From NCBI RefSeq assembly GCF_009914755.1, contig NC_060942.1: DNA of 64,000 nt. One strand, 5' to 3'. The notes beneath the pieces are model-generated. The model saw only the letters and a list, made by a program, of their open reading frames with translations, searched no databases and was not told the DNA's origin. How positions within the stretch are numbered: the first letter of the stretch is position 1; each line of letters begins with the position of its first letter. Position numbers and translations under genes: made by a program. The stretch comes from the human T2T-CHM13v2.0 reference genome, Homo sapiens. Shown piece after piece: positions 1-14,006 of this stretch.

Positions 1-931
1 ATGTATGAGAGTAGCCCTAAGGGTCTTCTAATGGGACAAGATATGGAGGTGGAAGACAGTGTTATTGATGACCCTGACATTGTGAAAGCCAAGGCTAATC
101 TGTCTGTGACTTAGTTTTTAACCAAAAAAAAAAATTTTAAGTAAAAAAAATTCCAAAATTAAAAATAGCTTATGGAATAAAGATAAGGAAAGAGGCCTGG
201 CACGGTGGCTCACGCCTGTAATCCCAGCAGTTTGAGAGGCCAAGGCGGGTGGATCACAAGGTCAGGAGATAGAGACCATCCTGGCTAACACGGTGAAACC
301 CCGTCTCTACTAAAAATACAAAAAAGAAAGAAAATATTTTTGTACACCTGTACAATGTGTTTGTGTTTTAAGCTAAGTGTTATTACAAGAGGCAAAAGTT
401 AAAAAAATTAAAAATTTATAAAGAAAAAATGCTACAGTAAGATAAGGTGACTTTATTATTGAAGAAATAATTTTTAAAAATAAATTGAGTGTAGCCTAAG
501 GGTACGGTGTTTATAAAGTCTACAGTAGAGTGGACGGTAATGCCCTGGGCCACCGCATTTGCTCTACACTCACTCGCTGACTCACTCAGAGCAAATTCTG
601 CCCTGCAAGCTCCATTCATGGTAAGTGCACTATATATGTGTCCTATTTTTTTTCTTTATACCACATTTTTACTGTACCTTTTCTATATTTAGGTACGTTT
701 AGATACACAAAAACTTACCATTGTGTTACAATTGCCTGCAGTAATCAGTATAGTCATGTGCCACACAAGTTTGTAGACTCTGAGTGATAGACTATATCAT
801 ATAGCCTACATGTGCAGTAGGGTGTAACTTCTGAGTTTGTGTCAGTACAACCTCTGATGTTCAGACAACAACAAAATTGCCTAATGATACATTTCTCATA
901 ATGTATCTCATCTTTAAATGATAGGTGACTG
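1..931 (+). mobile_element. Tigger3/MER7 (Golem)-type TcMar DNA transposon remnant, cut by the window start and interrupted by an Alu left monomer
   Basis: 690-931 follows the Tigger3 terminal region (tttagatacaca..cttaccattgtgttacaattgcct..aaattgcctaatgatacatttctca..gtgactg) and ends in the TIR-like gactg; upstream also matches (gtggaagacagt..attgatga). Strand follows my recall of the consensus orientation. Confidence 0.8.
194..322 (+). mobile_element. Alu left monomer only (AluY/Sc-type diagnostic bases)
   Basis: ggcctggcacggtggctcacgcctgtaatcccagc...gagaccatcctggctaacacggtgaaaccccgtctctactaaaaatacaaaa, then Tigger3 resumes; flanks aaggaaaga / aaagaaaga. Confidence 0.93.
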
Positions 932-1559
932 GAGTTATTTTAGGCATACATGAGAAGGTTTGGTTAAAAAATTGTCCAAAATAAAATAATTATTCAGTTT
1001 TAAGCAGAATTTGGAAGAAATATAAAGGATCCAGGAATTACCGGGATCAAATTAAAACTTTTCTGATCCCCAGTTTCTTCTTTAACAAATCTTTCAAGTA
1101 AGAGACAAGACAGAGATCAAGACCAGAGCATTCACAATAAAGCACTGACTAAAGTTTAAGATCTCAACAGTGTGACTTGAAGAAACCATATTGTGACTTC
1201 AAAGAACATTTAAGGGAAAATCTAGTTGGGTTTCTAAGAATATTAGGTACGTGCTTACCAGACCCATTTTAAATAGACAAAAAGGCTTCTATAAATTTCA
1301 AGTGTGATGTTACCCCAGTAAAATGATTCTCAGCACAATGTATAAAAGAGTCTAGATTTAAACGAAATATGAGTGTGACTTTTATCTAATGAATTAAATG
1401 ATCATTCTATTCACAGAAATATAATAAAATTTTAAAGTAAATGATACTATTTGAATGAAAAAGACTGAGGCTGTATAATGAAAAAAATGACTTTGTACTC
1501 TCAAAATTGTACAAATAGAATGGAGGCAGAGAAAACTACTCAGCTTTAAATCCAAGTCA

Positions 1560-2233
1560 GACAGTGAAACCAAGAGCCTGGAGAAAAGAGGCATAAACCA
1601 CAGAGAGTATTTTCCAGGCAGCAGTACTGGGACCTATTCAAGAACCTGGCACCATGTGCCTGGTAATTTTCAAAATTTCTATGAACCATTAATGACTATA
1701 TGTCTTTTATTTTTCCCTTTCTGAATGGAAATATCTATTATGTTTTCCTACAGGTGTCTCATTTTTATTTAGTAGATGTATGGGGGTTGGAGAAGATATT
1801 ATGTATCTCTACACTTTGCAGGTCTCGGTTCAAGAGAAACTGTATTTAAGAAACTGAACCTAAGAAAACATACAGAGGTAATCTTGTGCCTATCTGAAAA
1901 TGTTATCCATATTACTATTCTAAAATTTTTGCCAATGCTATACTGAAATGGTTACTTAGAAGAGAGTATATATGTTGTATTTTCAGAGCTTAACAAGTCA
2001 AAAGCTTCCAAACTAACCCTTTATTTTTATTTATTAAAATAGTTTCAGTTGAAGAACACTTGAAGGTCTGAACACAAAGAGGCATATCTGCACATAGAAC
2101 TGATTTAGATAACAAGATCCTGAACTTCGAACAAAAGATGTGATGGAATAAGACTTTGTGGAGGGGCCTTGGAGCAACTGAGTTTATTTTGCATTTGGAA
2201 GGAATATAAATAATTTGTAGCCAGCGGGCAGAC
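1560..2233 (+). mobile_element. MaLR internal (MLT1-int) 3' remnant
   Basis: Matches the MLT1-int 3' end (ttccctttctgaatgg, gatttagataacaagatcctgaacttcga, tattttgcatttggaagga..tagccagcgggcagac) and abuts the LTR. Confidence 0.65.
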
Positions 2234-2790
2234 TCCAGCATATTAAAATGGCCAAAATATTTTTGCTACTTCTCCCATTGAGAGGTAGAGTTTAATTTTT
2301 ATCTCTATGGATCTGGCTGTTTCTGCTACTAATTTACAAAAGAAACACTATAGATGTGACACTGTCAGTTTCCTGGACCAGGCTTTAAAGATCTGGCATC
2401 TTCCATGTACTGTCTCTGGGACTGCTAGCTCAAAGTTCAAAAACTTCCACAAAAGAAGGCCAACTATCCTGAGACCACTGTATTGAAGAGGCCATGCGTA
2501 AGAACTCAGACCAACAGTCCAAGCTGTGCTTTGCCTTCTAGCATTCCCTGCCAAAGCACATGGGGTGTGAGGGGAGCCAAACTGGCCTCTCTGTGACAGT
2601 CCAACAGCCAAATCAATTGCAACAAGTGACCTCAGTTAATGACACATGCAGCCAAAAAATGGCCGCCTGAGACATGCTCACAATTTCCGATTTTAAAAAG
2701 CAAAAAACCATGAGATATAGTAACATGTTCGTTGTTGTAACACACTACATTTTGGAATGATTTGTTAAGCAAAATTAGATAACAAGAACA
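2234..2790 (+). mobile_element. MLT1G/H-type MaLR LTR
   Basis: 5' ttaaaatggcc..cttctcccattgagaggt; 3' gttgttgtaacacactacattttgga..tttgtta..agataacaagaaca. Confidence 0.75.
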
Positions 2791-3314
2791 TAAGGATGAG
2801 AAAGGTCTCCATTTCTGTTTATATGAAGACAGGCAGCTGAGAAGCATGCAAGATAATATTTGACAAGTTCTTTCTCAGTCCATATTATTCTGGTACTTAA
2901 AAAAAATTATATACTGGAAATCCTAAATCACTTGGAGATACTGACTGTAGTATGTAGTGTATTCAAATTACAGTCTATTTTTAAACAATAGGAAAAATGC
3001 AAGAACAATACTATCAATTAAAGTTGATGTCAAGATATAATTGTAAAAAGAAAAGCTTGTAATATAGTACACTAGTTCACCCAGAATTATATATATTAAT
3101 TAATAGTTAGCCTTCTTGGAATAAGTTAAAGCAAGTAATGATGGACATCAAAACTCTATTTTGTACTATTTATTAGATAAACCATATGTCCACTTTTGAA
3201 ATGCAATTTTCTTTTACTTTTCAGGGATTGCTTAGCTTATAATACTTATTTAAGAGTAGAACAAATAATTCTATCTGAACTTTTGAAAAAGTAGATAAAA
3301 ACATACTGTATCCC

Positions 3315-3644
<330 letters not shown>

Positions 3645-4067
3645 TTAGTAATATTCAATGCCTAAATATCTAAAACTACCTTAATAACTTTTTAATGTAT
3701 ATTTGCAATATATGAATGTAAAGTGTAATGAATAAAATACAGTAATTACAATAAAAAATGCATTTCCCATTATCAGAACTCTTTTCAAAGTGCTCTTCTA
3801 AAAGAATAACATGTATTTAATAGATATGGCAGAAAGCTAGAAGTAATCAGTAAAACCGAGAATAAAAAATGTAGTGAGGGACACTGGAATACAAGTTTAG
3901 AAAGTGTCACTTTGCAAAGTTACTTTCTTGAATAATCCTCTTTCCTACCACCCTGTCACAAAAGACAACCTATGAAATCAACAAAAATGTGATGAAATAT
4001 AATCGACTTGATTTTATGTATGGTCTTAATGAAATTTTGATATAGTTTAGGCAGATTTTTATCTCAG

Positions 4068-4357
4068 GTTTTTTGTTTTGTTTTGTTTTGTTTTTCTGTT
4101 GTTGAGACAGGGTCTAGATCTTTTGCCCACGCTGGAATACACTGTATCATCAAATACCTTCCACCTCAGCCTCCTGAGTAGCTAGGACTATAGGTGTACA
4201 CTGCCACACAGGCTAATTTTATTTATTTTTATTTTTGGTAGAGCTGAGCTCTTGATATGTTGTCCAGGCTGCTCTTGAACTCCTAGCTGCAAACAGTCCT
4301 CCCACCTCGGCCTCCTAAAGTGCTGGGATTACAGGCATGAACCACTACACCCTGGCC
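4068..4357 (-). mobile_element. AluJ-type element with an internal deletion in the right arm and a (CAAAA)n tail
   Basis: gagacagggtct...ctcctgagtagctaggactatagg...aagtgctgggattacaggcatgaaccac..cctggcc. Confidence 0.9.
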
Positions 4358-5259
4358 TAGATAATTTGTTTGAAAAAAAAAAAAAGAAAGAAACACAAAA
4401 ATTCTTCTAAGGAAGCATATTAAAAATAGGTTTTTCTGTTTCTTCTTTGAAATAAAATAAATCTAAAATAATAGGCTGATGTGCCCTTACCACAAACAGA
4501 AGTAACTATTTGTCGGTGTGAAATATTATTTCCCTGCAATGAGTACACCACTGAGTTCAGATGTATTTATTAGTCTATAACTGGAGATAAAAATATAACC
4601 TGATGTCACAATAATTTCTGCAGGCTTTTGAGGCACATTCTTATTCTCCTTCCATTGTACCATCCTAAATTAACTCTGGTGAGAAGCTTCACTTCCACTC
4701 TTCATTCTATACTGAGGAGCCATGGGTCTTGACAATGAAATAAATAACATGAAATACATCTGTTTTCCTTTCTGTTAGATAAAAGAAACCCAAGAGAACA
4801 CTGTAACCTGAAAATAATCAACTGATGAGTAAATGACAGTCTTCAGCATTTCTAGTACACTCAGTCTGGCAAAACTGTGGCCTATACCCTTAAGTTATAT
4901 ATTTATAACAGGCAGATAAACACCATCTTTATTTACAGAACTCTTAGGGAACTATATGAAGCAAGCTAAAAATATTTAAAAGAATATGTAGGACTTTTTT
5001 AAAATATATTTTTATATTTTTGATTAGTCTATCATTAATGCCAATACAGTCAAACCTAAAGAGCATGCTCCCTTAGCCCTCATACCAAGATTTGGGGAAG
5101 ACATTTTTGTCTTCAGTCTGATGAAAATTTCAGGTAGTTTCTTTTGTATAGGAAAAATGTTCACCAGAATATTTTAGGATCAGCCATTTGAAAGAGATTT
5201 CCTCATCAGTTTAGGTGGAAGAAGTCCCTGAAGTTTATCATTGTTAAGAAGTTAAGGGT

Positions 5260-6380
<1,121 letters not shown>

Positions 6381-6959
6381 TAAGTAAAACATGAAGAATT
6401 TGATCATTAATTACAATATTTGTAAATAAACCTGGATGAATAGATGTCTCTCTTTTCTCTCTTACTTTTTCTAAATATTTGTACAGAGTTCTTAGCTGTC
6501 TCCCATTCCCCTTTATCTCACCAGAGAAAGTGATCCTCTTTACAGTGACCGAAGCTATTAATCGTAATGTAACGCAGAGCAAAGACATACAGAAGGTCAG
6601 AGGGGCAAGGGACTTAATTTAAGGCAATATCTCTTTCAGCTTTGTCACTCAACCCATGAATATACTGAGGTCCATAAGAATTAAGTTCATTTTTCAGTCC
6701 AAATAGCTCGATTCCTGAGCATCTCCACTACTTTTGTTTAAAAAAAGGTCATGGGGGCAGCAGACAAACAAACCAGAAGCAAAACAGAAAAACCATACAT
6801 AAAACAAAACAGAACCAAACAAAAAAAATGCCTTTTTGTAGCGCTGGTGTTAGCTGTTTTCTGACTCTGAATTCTTAAAGCAGTTAATTTCACCTTCCAT
6901 TATATTATTACACATTATTTCTATAATTCTGGTGTTATTAATATTTTCCTCAATAGTTT

Positions 6960-7830
6960 ATATAACGTATTCACTGAATGCATGCTATGTGAAGGCATTG
7001 CACTGAAAAGCTAGGAAATTGTTTGTGGCTTAAAAAAAGGGATGAACTCCATTATGAAACATATAAATTTAAGCATATTAATAATAGTAAAAATGATAAG
7101 CATGCATACAGAAATACGCAAAATATGCTATGAAAATGGTTGTTTTCAGTAAAATACAGCAAATATCTGTGTACCTATTCTTGTGTGGACCCTGTGCTTC
7201 TCCCAGAGATGATATAAATGAATAAATAAATAAATCCAGCATGCCATATGGAAGAAACAGACATGCCAACGAAACATGTCAGGGCGACGTTATGAATGCA
7301 TTAACTTTCAGTCTTAGAAGTTGGCCAACAAAAAAATGGAAAAAAAATTTAAAAAGAGAATTTTCCAGGAGGAAGAATAATGGTGAGCAAAGATACAGAG
7401 GTATAAGAGGTACTCAGAACATGGTAAAGTAGTTTTATATCCTTAGAATATGGAGTACAAAAAGAAAGAATGGGTACGTGGTGGGGACTAAGTCTTAGAG
7501 ATAATAACGCTCCCTGGCATAAAGAGCACGTGTTAATTTTAGACTTTAGTCTAGGTAATCTTAGGTTTTAATGTAAAGGGAGTAGGGTGATGCTGACATT
7601 TTAAAGGGAGGGAATGACATGAATAAATTCAGATTTTAGATGCATTGCTTTAGAAAGTGTAAGAAGGGTGGGTTCACATGAAAGTGCAGCAGAGAGAAAG
7701 TCAAGAGGCTGAATTAGTAAGGAGAATTGCCTCAATGAGATGTATGCTTAGGAAAATGCACACATCAATAAAATATTCAGGACAGATTGCCAGCAATTCA
7801 CAGCTGGCTGGATGTAGTGGCTAAGGGAGA
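6960..7830 (-). mobile_element. L2 LINE relic fragments
   Basis: tattcactgaatgcatgctatgtgaaggcattg (L2 3' end, reverse), purine-rich ttttaaagggagggaatgacatga..agattt. Confidence 0.5.
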
Positions 7831-8843
7831 GTTAAGAACAGAAAGGCTAAATCGAATCCTTTGAAGGGAAGAATCAAGTGAACCTTGTTACGGGGGTTGC
7901 ACATTCTAAGGAGAAAAGTGCAAAAATATATAACACCCTGTATTACATAATTAATTTATTGTGCTAATCTCCAAGATATAAGTATTAACAAGAAATGGGC
8001 AAGAAATTGTTCCAGTTTGTTTTGCTGGCCATGTGAAATATTTCATATATTTTTTAAACTATAGTATTAAATTTTATATATCTAGTAAAACTATATTTCA
8101 TATGTTTCAAAAGTATTAATAAGTATATATTAGAGTATAGATGCAATTATTAGGTATTATTATAGAGTATAGATTGAATTATTCAGTATTTGAAAAGATA
8201 CTTTATTTGCTTTCAATTTTCTGTGAGAAAAGCTATCTAAAGTAAGCCAGAAAAGACAGAGCATTTTTCAGTACCAAGATATGGCTCTTTCACTACAAAG
8301 CTGCTCAATTTATCCCAGTTCTGGTTGATCTTATCCACAGAGAAGACAGAAAATCCTTCACAGTGTATTTCTGAACAGAAACTGCTCAGATTAAACAAGT
8401 TGTCAACCACCCAGGATCATTATACCGATCAGGATTTTGGAGATATCTAGGAGAAAAATAGAATATGCATCTCTTTTTTTTTCTTTCTATGTTAGGTATT
8501 ATGTCCTGAAAACATACCGGCATAACATTGCAATAAATGTGACAAAGGTAAGAGTTACACCCAAGGAATCAGGAAATTTTCATATTATTTTTAAGTTGTA
8601 ATTATACAGTCTTACCTACTGGAAGTACCTGGACAATTTGACCTTGTCAAAATAGGTATCAATTGGTTTAAGCAGGTAAGTGTAATACAAATCCCAGAAA
8701 CATGCGGGCATAGAATGTGACAGCAAAGAGAGTATAGAATTAGAACTCTAGAGCCTATACTGACATTGTCAACTATAGCTGTAGGACCCTGAGTTAATCA
8801 CTTCTTTTCTAATACCTTCACTATTTTATTTCAAAAATTAGGG

Positions 8844-9139
<296 letters not shown>

Positions 9140-9522
9140 AAAAATTAGGTTTTTAATTAAAGAGGTGAAAGTAATCCCTGCTGGACACCAGGCAAAGTGA
9201 AAGTAAGCCTTTTGAATATCAAGACTTGATAGTCCCATCAGAATGTACTCAAGAGTCAAAACAGGATAGAGACAGGCTACACTGATTACACACACATGAC
9301 TGAATGTGCCCCTCTTCTGAGTAAATATTTAGCTCTACTTCAATTCCCTTGCTTTCTTGATAGATATTAGGATACACGACCATAAATTGCTCCAACTTCT
9401 TGACATTGTCTAATCTAGAATAGCCCCTGCTTCCCTATCTCTGTCTCAGCTAACACAAAGAGAGAAACCCTTGCTTTTTTTAGACAGAGCAAGACTCTGT
9501 GTTTGGATCCCTGTAAGCCAGT

Positions 9523-9696
9523 TTTTTTTTTTTTTTTTTTTTTTTTGAGACGGAGTCTCACTCTGTCGTCCAGGCTGGGGTGCAGTGACGCAATCTCAGC
9601 TCACTGAAACCTCCGCCTCCCGGGTTCACGCCATTCTCCTGCCTCAGCCTCCTGAATAGCAGGGACTACAGGCGCCCGCCACCACGCCCAGCTAAA
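9523..9696 (-). mobile_element. Alu right monomer only (5'-truncated, AluY-like)
   Basis: Long T-run, gagacggagtctcactct..gggttcacgccattctcc..ggcgcccgccaccacgcccagctaa, then non-Alu sequence. Confidence 0.93.
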
Positions 9697-9859
9697 TGTA
9701 ATTGTAATATGTAAAAGTGTTACATAAATGGCAAGGCTTGACTAGATCCGTAAGGTTCCCAAAAATTGCATCAGCAAGTTTAGGAGACTTATTACTTCAA
9801 TTTTTTATTCATATCGACAACCTTATTTTGAGTACCAACACCAAGCGAACAGAAAAGTG

Positions 9860-10410
9860 AAAACCGACCTGCGTCACAGACAGATCTGCACTGTATGTTA
9901 GTAAGGGTCTGAGATACGTAGTGATGAATTTCATTTTATTGAGGAATAACCTGGAAAGACAAGGATGTGGGAATACCCTCCCAATAAACATAATTTTGAC
10001 CAGTATATCTCTGGACCTCATCTAAGTCAAAGATCAAACTAGTAGGGAATGACTAATGATTGACAGGGAATTCAGGGATCTGGAAAATAGGTGATTGGGA
10101 GATCTGGGGATAGTATGTGAATTGACTATTTAGAACAACATAGAATAAGAAAAAAATAGATTTTATATAAATACTTAACTAGAAGGCATTAACAGCAATG
10201 GAGGTTCACAATAATCAGGGGAAAGAATGGTCTTGTCTGTGAGTTAAGTCAGCAGCTTAGACAAATTACCCTAACTTGCATAATGGGCCTACTTACAAAA
10301 TGCCCATGGCAGCGGAGAAACAGACTATGAATGGCTACGAACATGCTCAAAAATGGTCTTCTTGACGGTGCTGGTCTATTGCTACTGTGAACAGCTGAAC
10401 TATCAATATT
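9860..10410 (+). mobile_element. ERVL-class internal remnant (pol RNase H to integrase start), heavily decayed
   Basis: Colinear resemblance to ERVL pol: cacagacagatctgcac, gaaagac..gggaataccctccca, cagggatctggaaa, gagatctggggatagtatgtga, aataatcagg, aatgggccta..cccatggcagcgga; no open frame. Confidence 0.6.
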
Positions 10411-10504
10411 TCACCATTCTCTAAGTATATGAGCTGGTCTTCTGGATGGTTACAGAAAGATATTTTGGATATGAATTGCTTGCAATGTTAAACCAGTGAT
10501 ACCA

Positions 10505-11215
10505 CTTGTAGATTTATTGAGAGGTTGACCTATATGGTTTACATCAACAATCTTCCATGTTCTCTACATTATGGTTAGAACTGGCTCACAGGGGCCGGGC
10601 ACGGTGGCTCACTCCTGTAATCCTAGCACTTTGGGAGGCCGAAGCAGGCAGATCATGAGGTCGGGAGATTGAGACCATCCTGGCTAACACGGTGAAACCC
10701 AGTCTTTACTAAAAATACTAAAAAATTAGCTGGGCTTGGTGGCGGGAGCCTCTAGTCCCAGCTACTCGAGAGGCTGAGGCAGGAGAATGGTGTGAACCCG
10801 GGAGGCGGAGGTTTCAGTGAGCCGAGATTGCGCCACTGCACTCCAGCCTGGGCGACAGAGTGAGACTCCATCTCAAAAAAAAAGAACTGGCTTACAGGGA
10901 TCCAAAGCTGGACATAGGAAGGGGGAGTAAATCATGAGGATTGGGTATTTATTTTATTTTCCCCTGCTGTAGTAATTTCCTCAAGCCAGCTATGCTCACT
11001 TTACTAAAGGTCACTGCTCTTCTTAAGGATCTGCTTGTCTCTCTGTCCAGAATAAATCCTCACATCATTTTTTTATGGCGATAACAGCAAGGGGGCTGGC
11101 AGCATGGGGCTTCTGCATTATAACTTGTTCTTTCCTTGATCCCTGCCACATTTTTGTAATCAAATAAAACATAATGTAAGTGTGTCATCTGTTTCCAATT
11201 TTAAACTAAATTTAA
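10505..11215 (+). mobile_element. LTR33-like ERVL LTR, interrupted by an Alu
   Basis: gaggttgacctatatggtttacatcaac, gggtatttatt, aaggtcactgctcttcttaagg, cctgccacatttttgtaa, gtgtgtcatctgtttcc. Confidence 0.6.
10593..10883 (+). mobile_element. AluY/Sc-type, full length
   Basis: ggccgggcacggtggctc...; TSD agaactggctcacagg / agaactggcttacagg. Confidence 0.96.
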
Positions 11216-11425
11216 TAGAATTTTTTTTGTTTTGTTAAAGAAAATAGAAAAGTATAACAGGCACTTAAGGTGGGAGAATACAAAACACAAGCTACTATGT
11301 TTGTCAGGCCAAAAATATACCCCTTTACTGGTCAACACATTTAATCCCTGTCTTACCAAACCTATCTGATAATATGAAATTAGAGTTCAGTGAGGGGTTA
11401 CAATGGAGTAGAAGATGTATATTAT

Positions 11426-11960
11426 GAGACAATTATAACTGGGTCCTTTGCATTTCTGTATGCCTTATGATTGTGTATATTTTTGACTGTCTCTTTGAGG
11501 ATTTGTATAGCAGACAGCCTGGGAAGATGGAGATATTGTCTGCCTCTGGGGAACAGAGGATGGATTTGTTTTCTGGCTGCAATATTGAAGCCTTTGTCTT
11601 ACTCTGAGGCAAAGGTTGGATAGATATACTAAGAACACTTTAAAACTTTAAGGTTTCCTAAGCTCTCACTTTTTCAGCTATGACACAAGTCTCTTGTGTG
11701 TACAACATCCAACTGGGCTTCTCCACACTGCCCCTGGACTTTGAGGGCAAGGGAAATTTATGGGAGCATGAAGCTCATGATGCCTGCTGTGTCTTGAATC
11801 ATAAGAGTTTTTCCTCTTTTTTCTTTCTTTTTTTTGTGGTGGGAGGGGCGGGGGGTAAAACCAGTAGTCATCTTTGTTTTCCCCAGCATCCATGAAACTG
11901 GAAGGCTATCTTGCTATATAAAATCAGGGTAAAATTTCAGTCCCTTCACTGTTCTTAAGA
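11426..11960 (+). mobile_element. Solo ERVL-class LTR (MER76/MER54-like; subfamily uncertain)
   Basis: tttgtatagcagacagcctgggaagatggagata, ggcaaaggttgg, ccagcatccatgaaactg, gggtaaaatttcagtcccttcactgttctt. Confidence 0.65.
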
Positions 11961-13810
11961 ATGTAGTTTCCAAAAAAAAAAAAAAAAAGGTGATTATGTT
12001 ATGGATGGTCTTAAATGCTATAATGAAAACCATTTATTTCAGCAGATGGTGGAGCACAATTTATGGTTTTATTTTTGCAAATATATTTTGGAAGTATATA
12101 GAAGTGACATGACTAAAGCTGGGCTTTAAAAGTGAAGAGTTAAGATGACTGGATTGAAGTGGGAAGATAAAATGTGTATAATGAAGTACTAATATTTTAT
12201 TGTGTTATATACTGAAGCAAGGATATTTAAGTCCTTCTGAGAATACAGTCCATGAGCACAGAAATTAGATAGTATTTACCATGCATAGTCATTACTTGTA
12301 AGCAAGTAATAAAGGGCTAAAAAAACTCAACATTTAACTTTAAAGTTTTAAAAGTAAATGAAAAAAAGTTACTGGTGTCAATTACAGAACTAGAAAAAAA
12401 TAAAAATCAGTGTTTTGTGGACAAAATACTATTTTTTTAAATGCATGAAGACATATAACTGAGTAAAATATAGAGAGTAAATTTGAACCCAGGACATAGA
12501 TTAGAATCTATTCTTCTATCTATGACTGTTGAGAACTATTCTGAGTCAAAAGGAAATTTTTCACTGCCAAAGTAAAATAAAAGTAAGTTTTATTAGAAAG
12601 AAAACCAAGATACTATAGTTACCTTGAAAACAAAGGAGAGAAAGTGCATCAGAAAAAGAGGTGCCAAAATTATCAATGGTTGTGCAGAGATTAAGTCACA
12701 TAGGATTATGACAAACTGTTCCAGACAACTAATCTTGCTCTCCACTGTATCCTCAGAGTCTGACACAGTGCCTGGCTTAAGTTAGTATTAAAAATGTTGA
12801 TATTGAATAAATAAATATAAACTAGAGTAGTACTATACTCATTATATCATCAAAATATCAATTATAGTATTGCTGTTTGTGGATATTTCATGGTAAAACT
12901 GACATTTTGTTTATTTCTCCTTGAGGTAAATATCATTTGTTTCTTTGGGAATATTTTTCTCGTTAGGTGTTTTCTTTGGGGACCCTTCCTGAAAATAATT
13001 ACTCTACTTTAATATGCAAGTTTCATTGCTTTATTTCACTCAATGTTTATTCTCCTATGGTATTTGTGATGCAGAGCTTAGAATAAATTCTCGGGGAATA
13101 GGAAATAACTTTAAATGCTGCTTGGTTAACAGAGAGTGTTTCACTTGCCATTTCATAAATTCAGAGTCAGCAGAGTTTCCTTTGCCTGTCTCCTTTGACT
13201 CATCAATGTAGAATGAAATCTAATCAATCTGCAATCATGCTAATCAATGTACTGTGCTACTTTCATTGCAGGAAAAAATAATATTGTTATAAACTCAGTT
13301 ACATATTAGAATAATGCAAAAATTGAAAGTGCTATTCTGTGTGATATGTAAATGAAGCATTTTATAACCTGAGGCTTTACCATCAAAATTCCATTTAGAT
13401 CCATCAATTTTCATAAACAAATTAAAAGAACTTGTAACTCAAGAATGAGAAACAATGAATTTAAAGTTACAACTTATTAGTTTTGTGAAATGTCACAAAA
13501 TAGATTACTTGTAACAGCAATATATAAAAATACGCCAGCATAGTGAAATCAAAAACCTACGTTCCTTCTGTACCACACTGAGATAAATATTATAGAAGAC
13601 TGTTGTTGTCTAATTGACTGAACTTTTTAATAACTAAACCAATGACTTTCCTCCTTCTGAATTGGGGAAACAATGCAACTTGTACTCTTAGATCTCACAA
13701 GTTTCACTTCATTGATTATTCCTATTCTCTGACATAGATTATCATCATTATTTGTCCCATTTTTAGGGTTAATAATTTGTATCTTGTTATTACAAACTGA
13801 AGTACATTCT

Positions 13811-13941
13811 TTACCTTTTCCATGTATTATCTTGGTAACAAAGGAAATAAAAAAGTAAGGACAATTAATCTCAGTTCTATTTACATTTTCCATGTATTAT
13901 CTTGGTAACAAATGAAATAAAAGATTAAGGGCAACTGATCT
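13811..13941. repeat. Tandem duplication, period 70 bp, about 1.9 copies
   Basis: ttttccatgtattatcttggtaacaaa is identical in both copies, 70 nt apart, and similarity continues beyond it. Confidence 0.92.
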
Positions 13942-14006
13942 TTCTCACTCAAGTACCTCCCACAATAAAGACCTATTATTCGTATCAGAATGAGTTTCGC
14001 TCTATG

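Noticed and set aside
13811-13941. Repeat-spacer-repeat pattern resembling CRISPR
   Set aside because: Only two copies, the 'spacers' are themselves similar, the DNA is primate nuclear, and there are no cas genes.
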